The notes below the pieces were generated by a model. That model was not told the DNA's origin. It did no database searches and worked only from the letters and a program-made list of their open reading frames with translations. A stretch of DNA of 64,000 nt from an uncultured delta proteobacterium. GTDB taxonomy: Bacteria > Desulfobacterota > Desulfobacteria > Desulfobacterales > JAHEIW01. A program made the position numbers and the translations under genes. This document shows, piece by piece, positions 40,701 through 51,600 of this stretch (position 1 is the stretch's first letter; the number at the start of each line of letters is the position of its first letter). The DNA is taken from assembly GCA_963706575.1 (NCBI GenBank), contig CAVPNL010000008.1, forward strand, positions 32,001-96,000. The letters are read 5' to 3'.

Positions 40701-43700
40701 AATATGAGCTGGGCACAGATCCGTTTAACCCCGATACCGATGGAGACGGGATTCCAGATGGCCAGGAAGCCAGGAAGCGAGAAAGCCAGGAAGCTGAAGG
40801 CACGCATCAGCTTAGCCGCGGGGTGGAGGTGATCGCAGAAGATGAAAATGGGATTACCTTAGCGCTTTACACCGGCTCATTTTTTACCGAGAGCGTTTAT
40901 GCCGACGGTATGGAATACGAACGGCTAAAGATTGACGATTACGTGCACGGTTTTAGCACAGATATGGGCAAACCCGAGCTGCCCCTTAAAGGCATCCTGG
41001 TTAATATCCCAGAAGGGCAGATCGGTGAGCTGTCCATATTACAGACCGTCGTTGAGACCCATAGCGGTTATCAGATCTTTCCGGTACCGGCAAACAGCGT
41101 TGATGATCAGGGTGTGGCAGCGGCAGTGGCAGAGAGCTTTGTAAAAGACGAAGCCGCCTATCAACAAGATGCCTTTTACCCGCAAGCAGTCGCGCAGTTA
41201 GGTGATCTGTTTGCCTTCCGTGATCAAAACAAACAGCAGCTGCTGTTTTACCCGTTTGCCTTTAACGCGGTAACCGGCGAACTTAACCATTACAAACGCA
41301 TTCAGGTGCGTATTGACTATGTCAATGATCTGTATGCCAAAGTTGAAGATCACAGCGTTAGCCCCTGGTCGGTGCCGGTCTCAGCGCCAGCGGATCTGTC
41401 AGAAACACTGGCCTCGATGGGCACGATGGCCATGGCCTTTGGTGCCTCACCGCTGATTATAAACCCGCTTTCACCGGCGCTAACCTCTATGGGTGTGATC
41501 ATGGGCGCTGTGTGGTCGCCGCCTGCTGACGGGGTCAGCACAGCCTACAAGATCATGATCTTAGAAGAGGGCATCTACCGGCTTGATGCCGATTTTTTTA
41601 CCGAACACGGCATCGATATCGGCAGCATCGATCTTGGCAGCGTGCGGCTCTATTACCTCGGAGAAGAGCAGGCCATTTTTGTCAACGATCAGGATAGCCC
41701 CGGTGTTTTTGATGCCAACGACTTTATCGAATTTTACGGCCAGCCGGCAGCTGATCAATATGCCAAATACAGTGCCCAAAACATCTACTGGATGGTGACC
41801 GCAGGCGGTGTCGGAGCCCCCAAACGCATGGTTGCCGTAGACGGCAATCCCGCAGCCGGGCCGGTGGCCACAACGCACAGCGCTTCTGTGCACTTAGAAG
41901 ACGATGAATACTATGTGGGGCTTGCGCCGGGGACAAACGATCGAGACCGCTGGTATTTTGATGACTTTGTGCTGGGAACTGATTTTACCGGCGGGCCTAA
42001 TCCGGTGCAGGTGCCCTTTGACCTCACCTTGCCGGGAGTTATCGGCCAGGGGAATCTTACCATCTCATTGTGGGGCTATTATGACACCGGCCATCAGGTG
42101 GAAGTATGGGTTAATGACATTTCCCAGGGCACTTTTAGCTGGAGCGGTGTTGCCTTTTATGAGGTGAGCCTGAGCGGGCTTACTTTAACCGAAAACACCA
42201 CCGTTAAGCTTGCCTGCCACACCGCTATGGACGGGTTGATTGTCGACTACCTTGAGGCCAGTTATCCGCAAAGCTTTGCCGCGGTCAATGACACACTCAA
42301 GTTTAGCCACGACAGCGGTTATCGCTATATCATTGATGATTTTAGCACCGATGCAGTTACGCGTTTTTGACATCACCGACACAGACGCAGTGGCCCAGGT
42401 GACGAACTTACAAATTAGCGGTGCAGGTCCCTTTAGCCTTGAGTTTGAACCGCCGCCAAGCGGTCTAATCGACACCTTTGTTGTCATCGGCACCGATGAT
42501 TATAAGATTCCAGACGGTATTGTCGAAGACACAGCCTCTGATCTGGCCGACACGGCCAATCAGGCCGATTACATCTTAATTACCTACCAAGACATCGGCT
42601 GGGACGGTGGTGGCAGCGCCTATGGCTGGTTAACGGATTTGGTTACCCTGCGGGAAGATGGTGATCTCAGTGTTAAAGTGGTTAATGTCAACGACATCTA
42701 TGATGAGTTCAGCTACGGGATAACCACCCCGGTGGCGATCCGTGACTTTTTGTCCTATGCTTACGACAACTGGCGCACGCCGGCCCCGCAGTATGTGCTG
42801 TTGGTGGGCGACAGCACCTATGATTTTAAGGACAACTACAACCGGGGCACCGTAAACCATGTGCCCGCTTATACGGTGTTTACCGATTATATGGGAGAGA
42901 CGGTCACAGACGAATACTTTGTGACCATCAGCGGCGATGATGCGCTGGCTCGATATGTACATCGGGCGGCTTCCGGCCCAAAACGCAGCCGAAGCCACGG
43001 CGATGGCTAATAAGATAATTGCCTATGAAACCGGGCTAAACAACGGCAGTTGGGAGAAAAACGTAGTATTGGTCGCCGATGATCAAACCGAGGCCTATGA
43101 GGCGGTCTTTGAGACCATCAATGAGGATGCCGCAGCGCTTCTGGCCTGCTAAGATGGTGGCGCTTAAAGGGCTATTTAGACGATTATCTGCTGTCTGGTG
43201 ATTTAAGCACTGACATCACCAACTGGATCAATGACGGGGCGTTGATTGTCAATTACAGCGGCCATGCCTCCTTGCAGCAGTGGGCCGCCGAGGCGGTTTT
43301 TGTAAATGCCGATGTAAACACCCTGACCAACACAGGCAAATATCCGTTTTTTATCTCCATGAGCTGTTTGACCGGCTACTTCGGGTACCTGGATGCAGCC
43401 CTGGGCCCGCAGCCCTCATTGGCCGAACAATTGTTGCAGGCCTGCCGACAAAGGGGCAGTGGCTGCGCTGATGCCCACGGGCATGACCACCACAGCGGGG
43501 CAGCACATATTAAACAACGCGGTCTTTGAGGCCTTTTTTGTAAACGATATCAGACAGTTGGGACCAGCGATCGCCGCTGCCAAACAAACCCTTTTAGCCA
43601 ACGGTGATGCCTATTTTGAGCAGATATCACAGACGTTTTTGCTCTTTGGTGATCCGGCACAAACATTGAAGATCCCGCTTCCCAGAATGCCAAGCGGGGT

Positions 43701-44142
43701 TGCGGCCTATTGGGAAGGTAACAATGTGCGCATCAGCTGGAATGCAGCCTTAGATAGCAACGGCAACGCGGTTGCGGGCTACAATATCTATCGCGCATCT
43801 GCCCCGGCTGGTCCTTACAGCAGGGTCAACACCGAGCTTGTCACCGGCACTGAGTTTGTCGACACAGACGGTGCTGTGGGCATCGATTCTGGCGGTGGCG
43901 GCAGCTCCGGCAGCTATTATGGGGTTACAGCGGTTGACAGCTTCGGTGATGAAAGTGCGCAGTCTTTAGGCATTAGCCCGGCTTCGGTTGCATCAGCGGC
44001 CGAGGCACCGGTGGCAGCCTGTTTTGTGGGTACGGTGACCGGGTCAATACCGGCGGGGCTGTTCTGGATTTTGGCAATCTTTACCAGCGCTGTGATTGTC
44101 GCCCATTGGCGCTCCCGCTATATGCGGGATTTCACTTCTTGA
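28762..44142 (+). CDS. Giant surface protein 3 (~5,100 aa): signal peptide, DUF2341/LamG modules, beta-helix modules, three Ig-like 'NQTP' spacers, SVQRG-repeat domains, C25 peptidase cassette, TM tail
   Basis: [56 protein letters not shown] is a signal peptide followed by a DUF2341 start. ORFs 29167-30069, 29928-30533, 31470-32903, 32746-40269, 40136-42370, 42240-43010 and 43393-44142 join. An alternative start lies at 28720. His codon 43263, Cys codon 43365. Confidence 0.85.
40292..44142 (+). repeat. Conserved C-terminal cassette, copy 3
   Basis: Starts [28 protein letters not shown] and ends [40 protein letters not shown]. Confidence 0.95.
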
Positions 44143-44200
44143 TTAGATATATTAAGGTGTTCAAACGGCACACGGCGCACGGTAAAGCGGAATGAATGAA

Positions 44201-44291
44201 TCGTGGCTGGAAGCCACTCCCACGATCTTTAAGTAATGCAATATTCCTCTAATCTATTTCCATAAAATGTGGGAGCGGCATCTTGCCGCGA
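44201..44291. repeat. REP-like palindrome pair downstream of gene 3
   Basis: TCGTGGCTGGAAGCCACTCCCAC (44201-44223, identical to 27644-27666) and the oppositely oriented GTGGGAGCGGCATCTTGCCGCGA (44269-44291). Confidence 0.65.
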
Positions 44292-44392
44292 AAAAAATAA
44301 GGTGGCCCTTCGTAGCCGCCAATCGATGGCCGGCGCCCATCTTCGCCCTATCGGGCTACGCAAGGGCACGTGGTGGTAGACTCTACGCTCCC

Positions 44393-44698
44393 TCAATTAG
44401 TTCCAATTTTTTTCTTTATGGCTTTGAGCTCGTCAGGATTAAAAGCAAAGTTCTTGCCTATCCGTGTGTAATCCAATTTGCCGGCTTTTACCCATCTTCT
44501 TATGGTAATTTCTGCAACCTCTAGATATTCAGCGGCTTCTTTAAGCGAGAATGGTGACTTTCTAATGTCGTCGAATACTTCACCGTGGGTATAGAGATTT
44601 TTTTCAAATCCTTGTCGTGCAATGGTAGCAAATAATTTTTCCCTTTCAGGTACGGGCATTTTTAAAATATCTTTATAAACTTTTTCTGCCGTGATCAT
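44393..44698 (-). CDS. Putative antitoxin with excisionase-like (HTH_17/MerR-type) DNA-binding domain
   Basis: C-terminal FSLKEAAEYLEVAEITIRRWVKAGKLDYTRIGKNFAF is an excisionase-type HTH. The gene is directly downstream of the toxin, with an AAGGAAGG SD-like stretch inside the toxin 3' end. Confidence 0.78.
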   Translation of the reverse strand: MITAEKVYKDILKMPVPEREKLFATIARQGFEKNLYTHGEVFDDIRKSPFSLKEAAEYLEVAEITIRRWVKAGKLDYTRIGKNFAFNPDELKAIKKKIGTN

Positions 44699-44700
44699 AG

Positions 44701-44991
44701 TCAATCACCTTCCTTTACGTATTTTTTAAGTTTGCGGTAAAAATTTTCATGAGATCCAACCATATAAAACAACATTTCATTTGGAGAAACCTTATAAGCA
44801 ATCAATAGCCTCTGTTTTTTGAATGAAAATTTGTGGACCCGAAATCCCAGTAAATCCCCCTTTTTTGATTCTCCTATCGATGGATTTTCGAGGATCTTTT
44901 CAATTTCATCTTCACTCGAAAGCTGCAACGGTCTTGTCTGTTTTTTAACAAATTTTCTAAACGGGGATTTGTAAAAAGTTTCCATGATCAA
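44701..44991 (-). CDS. Type II toxin, RelE/ParE-like family
   Basis: 96 aa basic protein with PFRKFVKK...IEKILENPSIGESKKGDLLGFRVHKF...LIAY...VGSHENFYRKLK, typical of ParE-like/RelE toxins. The start is TTG 44991 or ATG 44985. It abuts the downstream HTH gene. Confidence 0.85.
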   Translation of the reverse strand: MIMETFYKSPFRKFVKKQTRPLQLSSEDEIEKILENPSIGESKKGDLLGFRVHKFSFKKQRLLIAYKVSPNEMLFYMVGSHENFYRKLKKYVKEGD

Positions 44992-44994
44992 ATT

Positions 44995-45023
44995 AATGAT
45001 AACTTATTTTATCATTTTGTCAA
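44995..45023 (-). promoter_or_regulatory. sigma70-type promoter with an overlapping palindromic operator for the TA operon
   Basis: Minus strand TTGACA (45023-45018)-N16-TATCAT (45001-44996). The inverted repeat AATGATAA-N6-TTATCATT at 44995-45016 covers the spacer and the -10 box. Confidence 0.6.
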
Positions 45024-45333
45024 TCATTTTTAGAAAATCAAATTTAATTTTACATGATAATCTAAATTTCATATTTATATAATCATGTATAAACGAATAT
45101 TAACTTTACCTTTCAGTTAAACAGAAACCTGTTTTTATCAATAAAATCCTTCCTCGAAAAGCGAACCTTTGAACCCTGAACCTGGAAACTATGGACCCCA
45201 ATCTATTAAATCATTTAATAGCCTCTAAAAACACTTGCCATCCCGGCCTCAGTTTAATGGGCACTTTTGACGATTATTTTCCTTACCCCATGCCCCCCCG
45301 CAAAAATCAATATTTCTAACAATATTTTTAGCT

Positions 45334-45360
45334 TAAGTTAATTTAAGGAAATACCGATAA
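45334..45360 (+). promoter_or_regulatory. sigma28/FliA-like motif upstream of gene 4
   Basis: TAAG-N15-ACCGATAA. Confidence 0.45.
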
Positions 45361-45528
45361 CCAAAACAAGCAGTATTAAAAGAGGTGAATTGCGCCTTTT
45401 TTTGAAGGTGAGCGCTGAAAAAGTCAAGCCCGCTATAAAATAATTTTAAATTTTTGCCGAATAAGGCGGATTTCGCGGCAAAAATAAACCTAAAAATACA
45501 ATAATTACAGCTACTTATGATTGGAGCC

Positions 45529-45544
45529 TGGCATGTATTTTGCA
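45529..45544 (+). promoter_or_regulatory. sigma54 -24/-12 promoter of gene 4
   Basis: TGGCATGTATTTTGCA (GG-N10-GC). Confidence 0.78.
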
Positions 45545-45682
45545 GCTAAATATTTAAATTTATTTGAAATATTGTTAGTGGAAGCTTTGCAAGCTGCAAA
45601 TTGGGGGGCGAATGAAGCCAACATCATCAAAAAATGATTCAGAATCCATTTATTAGCAATATCAACCAGCCGCTTTTCAGCA

Positions 45683-48600
45683 GTGCAACGAGCAGTCTGG
45701 ATTTGCCTGATTGCGGCTGTTGCTGTTTTCGGCGCCATGAACCCGGTTCACGCGCTGATCTTTGAAGATGGTTTCGAAAGTGGTGATCTGAGTGCCTGGA
45801 GTGGAAGTAGCACCGAGCCGGGCGATACGATCGCTGCTTCCACCGAACAGGTCAATTCAGGAACCTACTCGGCTAAAGCCGTTGTTGACACCGATGTTGA
45901 TGCCAATCAGGCAATGGTCTGGATAAATTTTACCGGTCAAACCACCGTTTATGCCCGAATATATATCTACGTGCCTTCCAGTTTTTCGACCTCTGACTAT
46001 GTTACTGTGATGCAATTTCTCAATGGCTGGTCCAACATCCTCTCAGCTGCCATTGACGATGACATGACCCTCTATTTATACAATCAAGTGGGTGGCGAAG
46101 CTTACGGATTTGGTGTGGGTTCAACCCTCTCAAAAGATGAGTGGCACTGCCTGGAAATGATGGCGGTTATTTCTCCGACAGTGGGCGAGGCGCGGCTCTG
46201 GTTGGATGGTAACCTGGAAATCGAGGCCACCGGGAAAAATCTGGGGTCAAACACGATTGATAAATTTTCCGCCGGCTATTACTGGGGTGCTCCGTATACC
46301 GAGAGTAATACCTTATACATCGATGATGCTGCCGTGGACACCTCACCAATCGGTACTTTAGGTGAAGCAGCCCCCTGTGATGAATGGTGGGATGACACCT
46401 ATCTCAAGCGCAAGAAGATCACGATTACAGCCGGCACCGAGCAAATCCCCAGTGGCTATTCGGTTTCTGTGACCTTCGACCACGCCGATATGGTCAGCGA
46501 AGGCAGCGCCCAGGCTGGCGGAGATGACGTTCGTGTAGCCTATTGGAACGGCGACCACCTGGACGGAGCTGGACCGCGCCGTGGATCCGCTCTCCTCCTG
46601 GAACGATGCCGCCACCAAGATCTGGTTCAAGAGCCAGGCGGCCATCATGGCGAGTAGCTCTGATGACAGCTACTACATCTACTATGACAATCCCTCGGCC
46701 AGCAATCCCCCCGATGACTGGGCCAACGTCTTTATGGTGGGCGACGATTTCAATGACGGAACGTTGACGAGCGCAATGACAGCCTCGACTGCAGGTACTG
46801 CAAGCATAACCGAGACCGGAGGGGAAGCCTTCATCGATCTGGGAACCGATGAAAACGCCGATGCAGGCATGCTCGTAACGACCAGTGGGTTACCGGGCGA
46901 TAATAAATTTGTAATTCGGCACATGATGAAAGTCGTGAGCGGGGGCGGCGCCAGCAATCCCGAGGCCAAGGGGCTTGGCCTTTATCAGCTGGCTACTCAG
47001 CCCGGAGTGACCACTTCCGGCACCGAAAACTCGCGCCGGCGCATGACGATCTTCCAGCGCGTCGATACCGATGTCATGATCATGTACTTTGACAGCGGGG
47101 GACAGCACTACACCTGGGACGGCTCCACCTGGAATGCGGGTGTGTGGGGCGTGTGGGGATCCACGCTGCCGCTGAACACCTACCACATCTTCGAGCTGAT
47201 CAGCGATGGCACAAACTGGTATCTGCGCATCAGCAATGCCAGCGGTACGGTGTTGACGTCCACCACACCCGTCGCCTGGTCGAACACATTGGATAACAGC
47301 GATCCCTATTGGTTTTACTGGGGGGAGCCGTACACCGACTATTACTACGTTGATCAGCGGAGCGACTGGTTCTACGTGCGCAAATACTCAAGCCAGGAAC
47401 CAATCACCTCAGTGGGCGGGCAGGAGTGTTATCAGGGTTACTGCTACCGTCGTTCGATCACCATCGATGGGGATGAGGTAGGCGGGGCAAGCGGGTATCT
47501 GACCGATTTTCCCGTGCTTGTCAATCTCTCCGACACCTGGCTGAAGACTGCTCCGGACGGCGACATCCAACATGCCAGCGGCTGGGACATTAATTTCAGG
47601 GGGCTCGATAGCACGACCTGTAACGGAACAGCGCCCTGCGATCTGGATTTCGAGATAGAAACCTACGATGGCAGTGCCGGCAAGCTTGTCGCCTGGGTGC
47701 GGGTGCCCCAGGTGTATGCCGGGGACAGCGATCCCGGCAATGACAGCGTCATCTACATGTACTACGGGAGCGGCTGTGTGGCCGACGACCCCCAGAATGC
47801 AACCGCTGTCTGGGATTCGAACTACAAGGCTGTCTTGCACCTTGCCGAAAAGTATGACCTCGACTTTGACGGGGCGGCTTCCTATGTGGATACAGGCTAC
47901 AATACCCACCACACCCAGACCACCATCGAGGCATGGATCTTTCCTGAGACCTTTGGGCAGAGTAGCCTGGGGCGAGTGATTGACAAGCGCGAGGGCGGGG
48001 CTCAGGTCCTCGTCCTATATCTGTGGGATACAGGGCGGCTGGCTTTTGAGAGAATGTTCGATGGTAATGCCGGGATGTGGCAAACCCCGACAGGCACGAT
48101 AACCCTGAATACCTGGCAGCATATTGTCGTGACGTACGATGAGTCCGATCCTGCCAATGACCCCTCCATTTACATAAACGGGCAACTGCAAACCCTTAAT
48201 GAATCCAGTACACCATCAGGGACCGCCTTAACGAACACCGACGATTACATCATTGGTGCTCGGAACTGGGGATCGGGTTGGGACAGATTCTGGGACGGGG
48301 CCATGGATGAGCTGAGGATATATAACAGGATACTCAGTTCTCAGGAGATCAGCGACCGTTACCTCGGTAAGAAAGAACCTTCCAGAGAAGGGCTGGTCAT
48401 CGAGTATTTGATGGACGAGGGTTCCGGCAATACGGTCTCAGACTCCAGCGGCAACGGCCGTGACGGGGACATGACCGGACATGCGGCAGCATGGATCAGG
48501 CCCCGGGCCCATGACTCCACGGCCAACAGCAATTTCGGGAAAAGAAGCGTATCGATGGCGGCCCCGGTGGAGCGCATAAACGGTTGTGACCCATTCGATA

Positions 48601-51600
48601 ATGAAGGGGTCGGGATCCCTGATCCGGGCGGGAGCTGGGAGTTTGCCGATGGCGGGTTGGATGCGGGCACGAGTGATTTTACGATCTCGGCCTGGTTCTA
48701 CTGGTCGTCTTCGATGACTCAGCGGTATCCCACCATTGTGTACAACGGTGGCGGCGGGCCCGCTGAAGCAGGATATTGGTTCAACTTTGACAAGGATACC
48801 AACGGAATAGATGTTCGGGTTTCCAACGGCACGGAAAGGTTTGTCGCAAACTCGAACACCGGTCTCGGTATGGCTGCCGGCGAATGGAATTATGTGACCG
48901 TCGTCTTCGATCGGGAGCCGACCCTTGATACGGCTTATTTCTACCTCAACGGCGATCCGGTAGGATCGGAGTCCGACAATTTGATCGCGGGTGATTCGGC
49001 GTCGAGCACCATACCTACTGTGTGGATCGGCACAAACTCCTTCATAGGCAACCTCGATGAAGTGCGTATCTCCAGTGAGGTGCGGACAGCCGATTGGATT
49101 AAGACGGAATTCAACAACCAGACCTCTCCATCTACCTTTTCCGTGTTAGGCGGCGCAGCACCGATCGGGGTCGTACTTGATGAGCACAATTCCGGCCAAT
49201 TATCAGACCAGTTTGACACTTCGGTCAGCCATGACAATCTGGGCCTGTTCCGCTTTCAACTGGCCAACAACACCGACAGTGCGGTCACGGTAGACCAGAT
49301 CGTCTTCAACCTTTCCGCCATTTCCGGAATTGTGACCAGTGATCTGAGCGATCTTAGAATCTTCGATGGATCTATGGACGTGGCTACCGGCGGTACGCCA
49401 TCCATTGCCGGTGCAACCGGGACCATCACCTTCAGCGGCAATTTTGTTATTGCGGCCAACACAACGGTGAATTACACCTTGCGGGGCGATGCCGGCAATT
49501 TGGACGGAGAAATTGACGACACCCTGACCATCGCTCTGAGTGTCACCGACATTGATCTGCTGTCAGATACCGTAAGCGGCACAGCGCCCACCAACGTTAC
49601 GCATACCACCGACGATCCCACGGAATTCACGATCCAGATCGTCGGCAGTGCCGACGATTCCCATGCGGCTGATAATCTGGACGATGCATCCACTTACATT
49701 GCCTCTACCAATGTGGATATCACGGCGCATATGAACGGCCTGAGTTCGAAATATAACGGTGGTTTCAGATTCAACGGTGTCAACATTCCGCCCGGCGCCA
49801 CCATCGACAGCGCCACATTCTCCGGATATATCTATAATATTGGGAGCGATAACTTATATTGCACGATTTATGGCCATGATGTGGCCAACGCACCCGATTT
49901 TTCAACCAACACATACATCAAAACGACAGGCCAGCGCCCGCGCACCACGGCCAGCGTTACCTGGCAGTCGGACTTCGGTTCCACCGGGTGGAAGGACAAA
50001 GATGTCACCGGGATTGTGCAGGAAATTGTCGATCGGGGCGACTGGAGCAGCGGCAACGCCATTGCCCTGCTGTTCATATCCGATGATCGGGTATCTCCAT
50101 ACCCTGCCATGTTCCGTTCCTACGACGGCGCGGCTGCCGAGGCAGCCACATTAACCATCGATTACACCCCACCCAACATGCTTTATCGCTCGGTGGGCAA
50201 TACGGCCACCGCCCTGGCAAGCGGTACGAGTCCGAGTAACGCATTGACCATTGCGGGATCCACAGCCACCTTTGCCAGCCCCTTGTCTGAAAATGCGATC
50301 GGCGTCGGTGATGCCATTCAGTACGATTCGGATGACGATGGCACCATCGATGCCATTGCCTTTATTCATGGGCGTACGTCGCAATCAGCATATACGGTCA
50401 AGGACAAGGACGGCAATCCGCCGACGCAACCCAGGCCGCAGATACCGACTGGGCAATTTACCGCTGCTTTCTCGAGCTCGATGACTGGCAGGATCATATC
50501 GTCTCAACGGTCAACTCGGGCATTGGGGAGGAGCGCATCGAAGTTGGGGTTGCCTACAAGGACGGGGTCTTTGCGCCAACGGTCGAAACCTGGTTCGATG
50601 ATTATACCACCGACGCCACTCACTACTTGCAGTTGACCGTAGCCCCGGGTCAGCGACACAACGGCACGGCCGGGAGCGGGGTAATCGTTGATGGCGGTAG
50701 TATGCCGGCATCGAGTGGTCACCTGTTCCGTGTCAGGGACCCCTATTTCAGAATGGAGTGGCTGGAGATCAGAAACTACCCGGGTGACACAGCCAACGGA
50801 CAGCCCATCTACCTGGACGAAGTCGACGCCGCGGACAATTTCTTCTCACACCTGATCATTCATGATTACACCAGCACCGCGCGAGGGGGATTCAGCGTTT
50901 ACGAAAACGCCACCGTTCGCAATTGCATCATTTACAACGGTGACGTGGGGGTCCGGACATACAGCAGCGAGGCCGTACTCGTCCCCACCCTAACGCTCGA
51001 GAACGTAACGGTTTACGGGATGACAGCCGACGGTGTGTATCATAGAGCCGGAACGCTCGTTGCCAAGAATACAATTTCTGTGGGCAATGGCGGCCAGGAC
51101 TTTGACCTGGACAGTGGCAATAGCGCCAATGGTGCGCCGGTTGTGGTTGACGGGAGCTCGGGTTACAATCTTTACAGTACGGTGGATGCCGGCGTTCACC
51201 CCGGGAGTAACAACCAGTCCCCGCCTGCAAGCCTGGAAGACCTGTTTGTCTCCATTGTCGCCTCCTCAGAAAATCTGCATCTTGAATCCAGCGGCCACAA
51301 CGCTCTCAATACCGGTGTAAATTTGTCGTGCTTCTTTCACCGACGACATCGACGGCAACACCCGTACGGGAACCTGGGACATCGGAGCGGACGAGGTCGT
51401 TGCAATGGAACTCTACCGCTCGGTGGGCACCACTGCTACCGATCTGAATACCAGCTCGCGCACGGTGGAGATCTCCGGTACCACGGCTACTTTTTCCGGT
51501 TCCATGCCGGACAATGTTGGGGTGGGTGATGTGCTGGTGTACAACAACGGCAGCGCCCAGCTGGCATTTATCCACGGCCGTACTTCCGCTACGGTCTTTA

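Noticed and set aside
44995..45016. Fur box
   Set aside because: It shares AATGATAA with Fur sites, but the 8-6-8 symmetry does not fit the 7-1-7 Fur consensus. A TA operator is the simpler reading.
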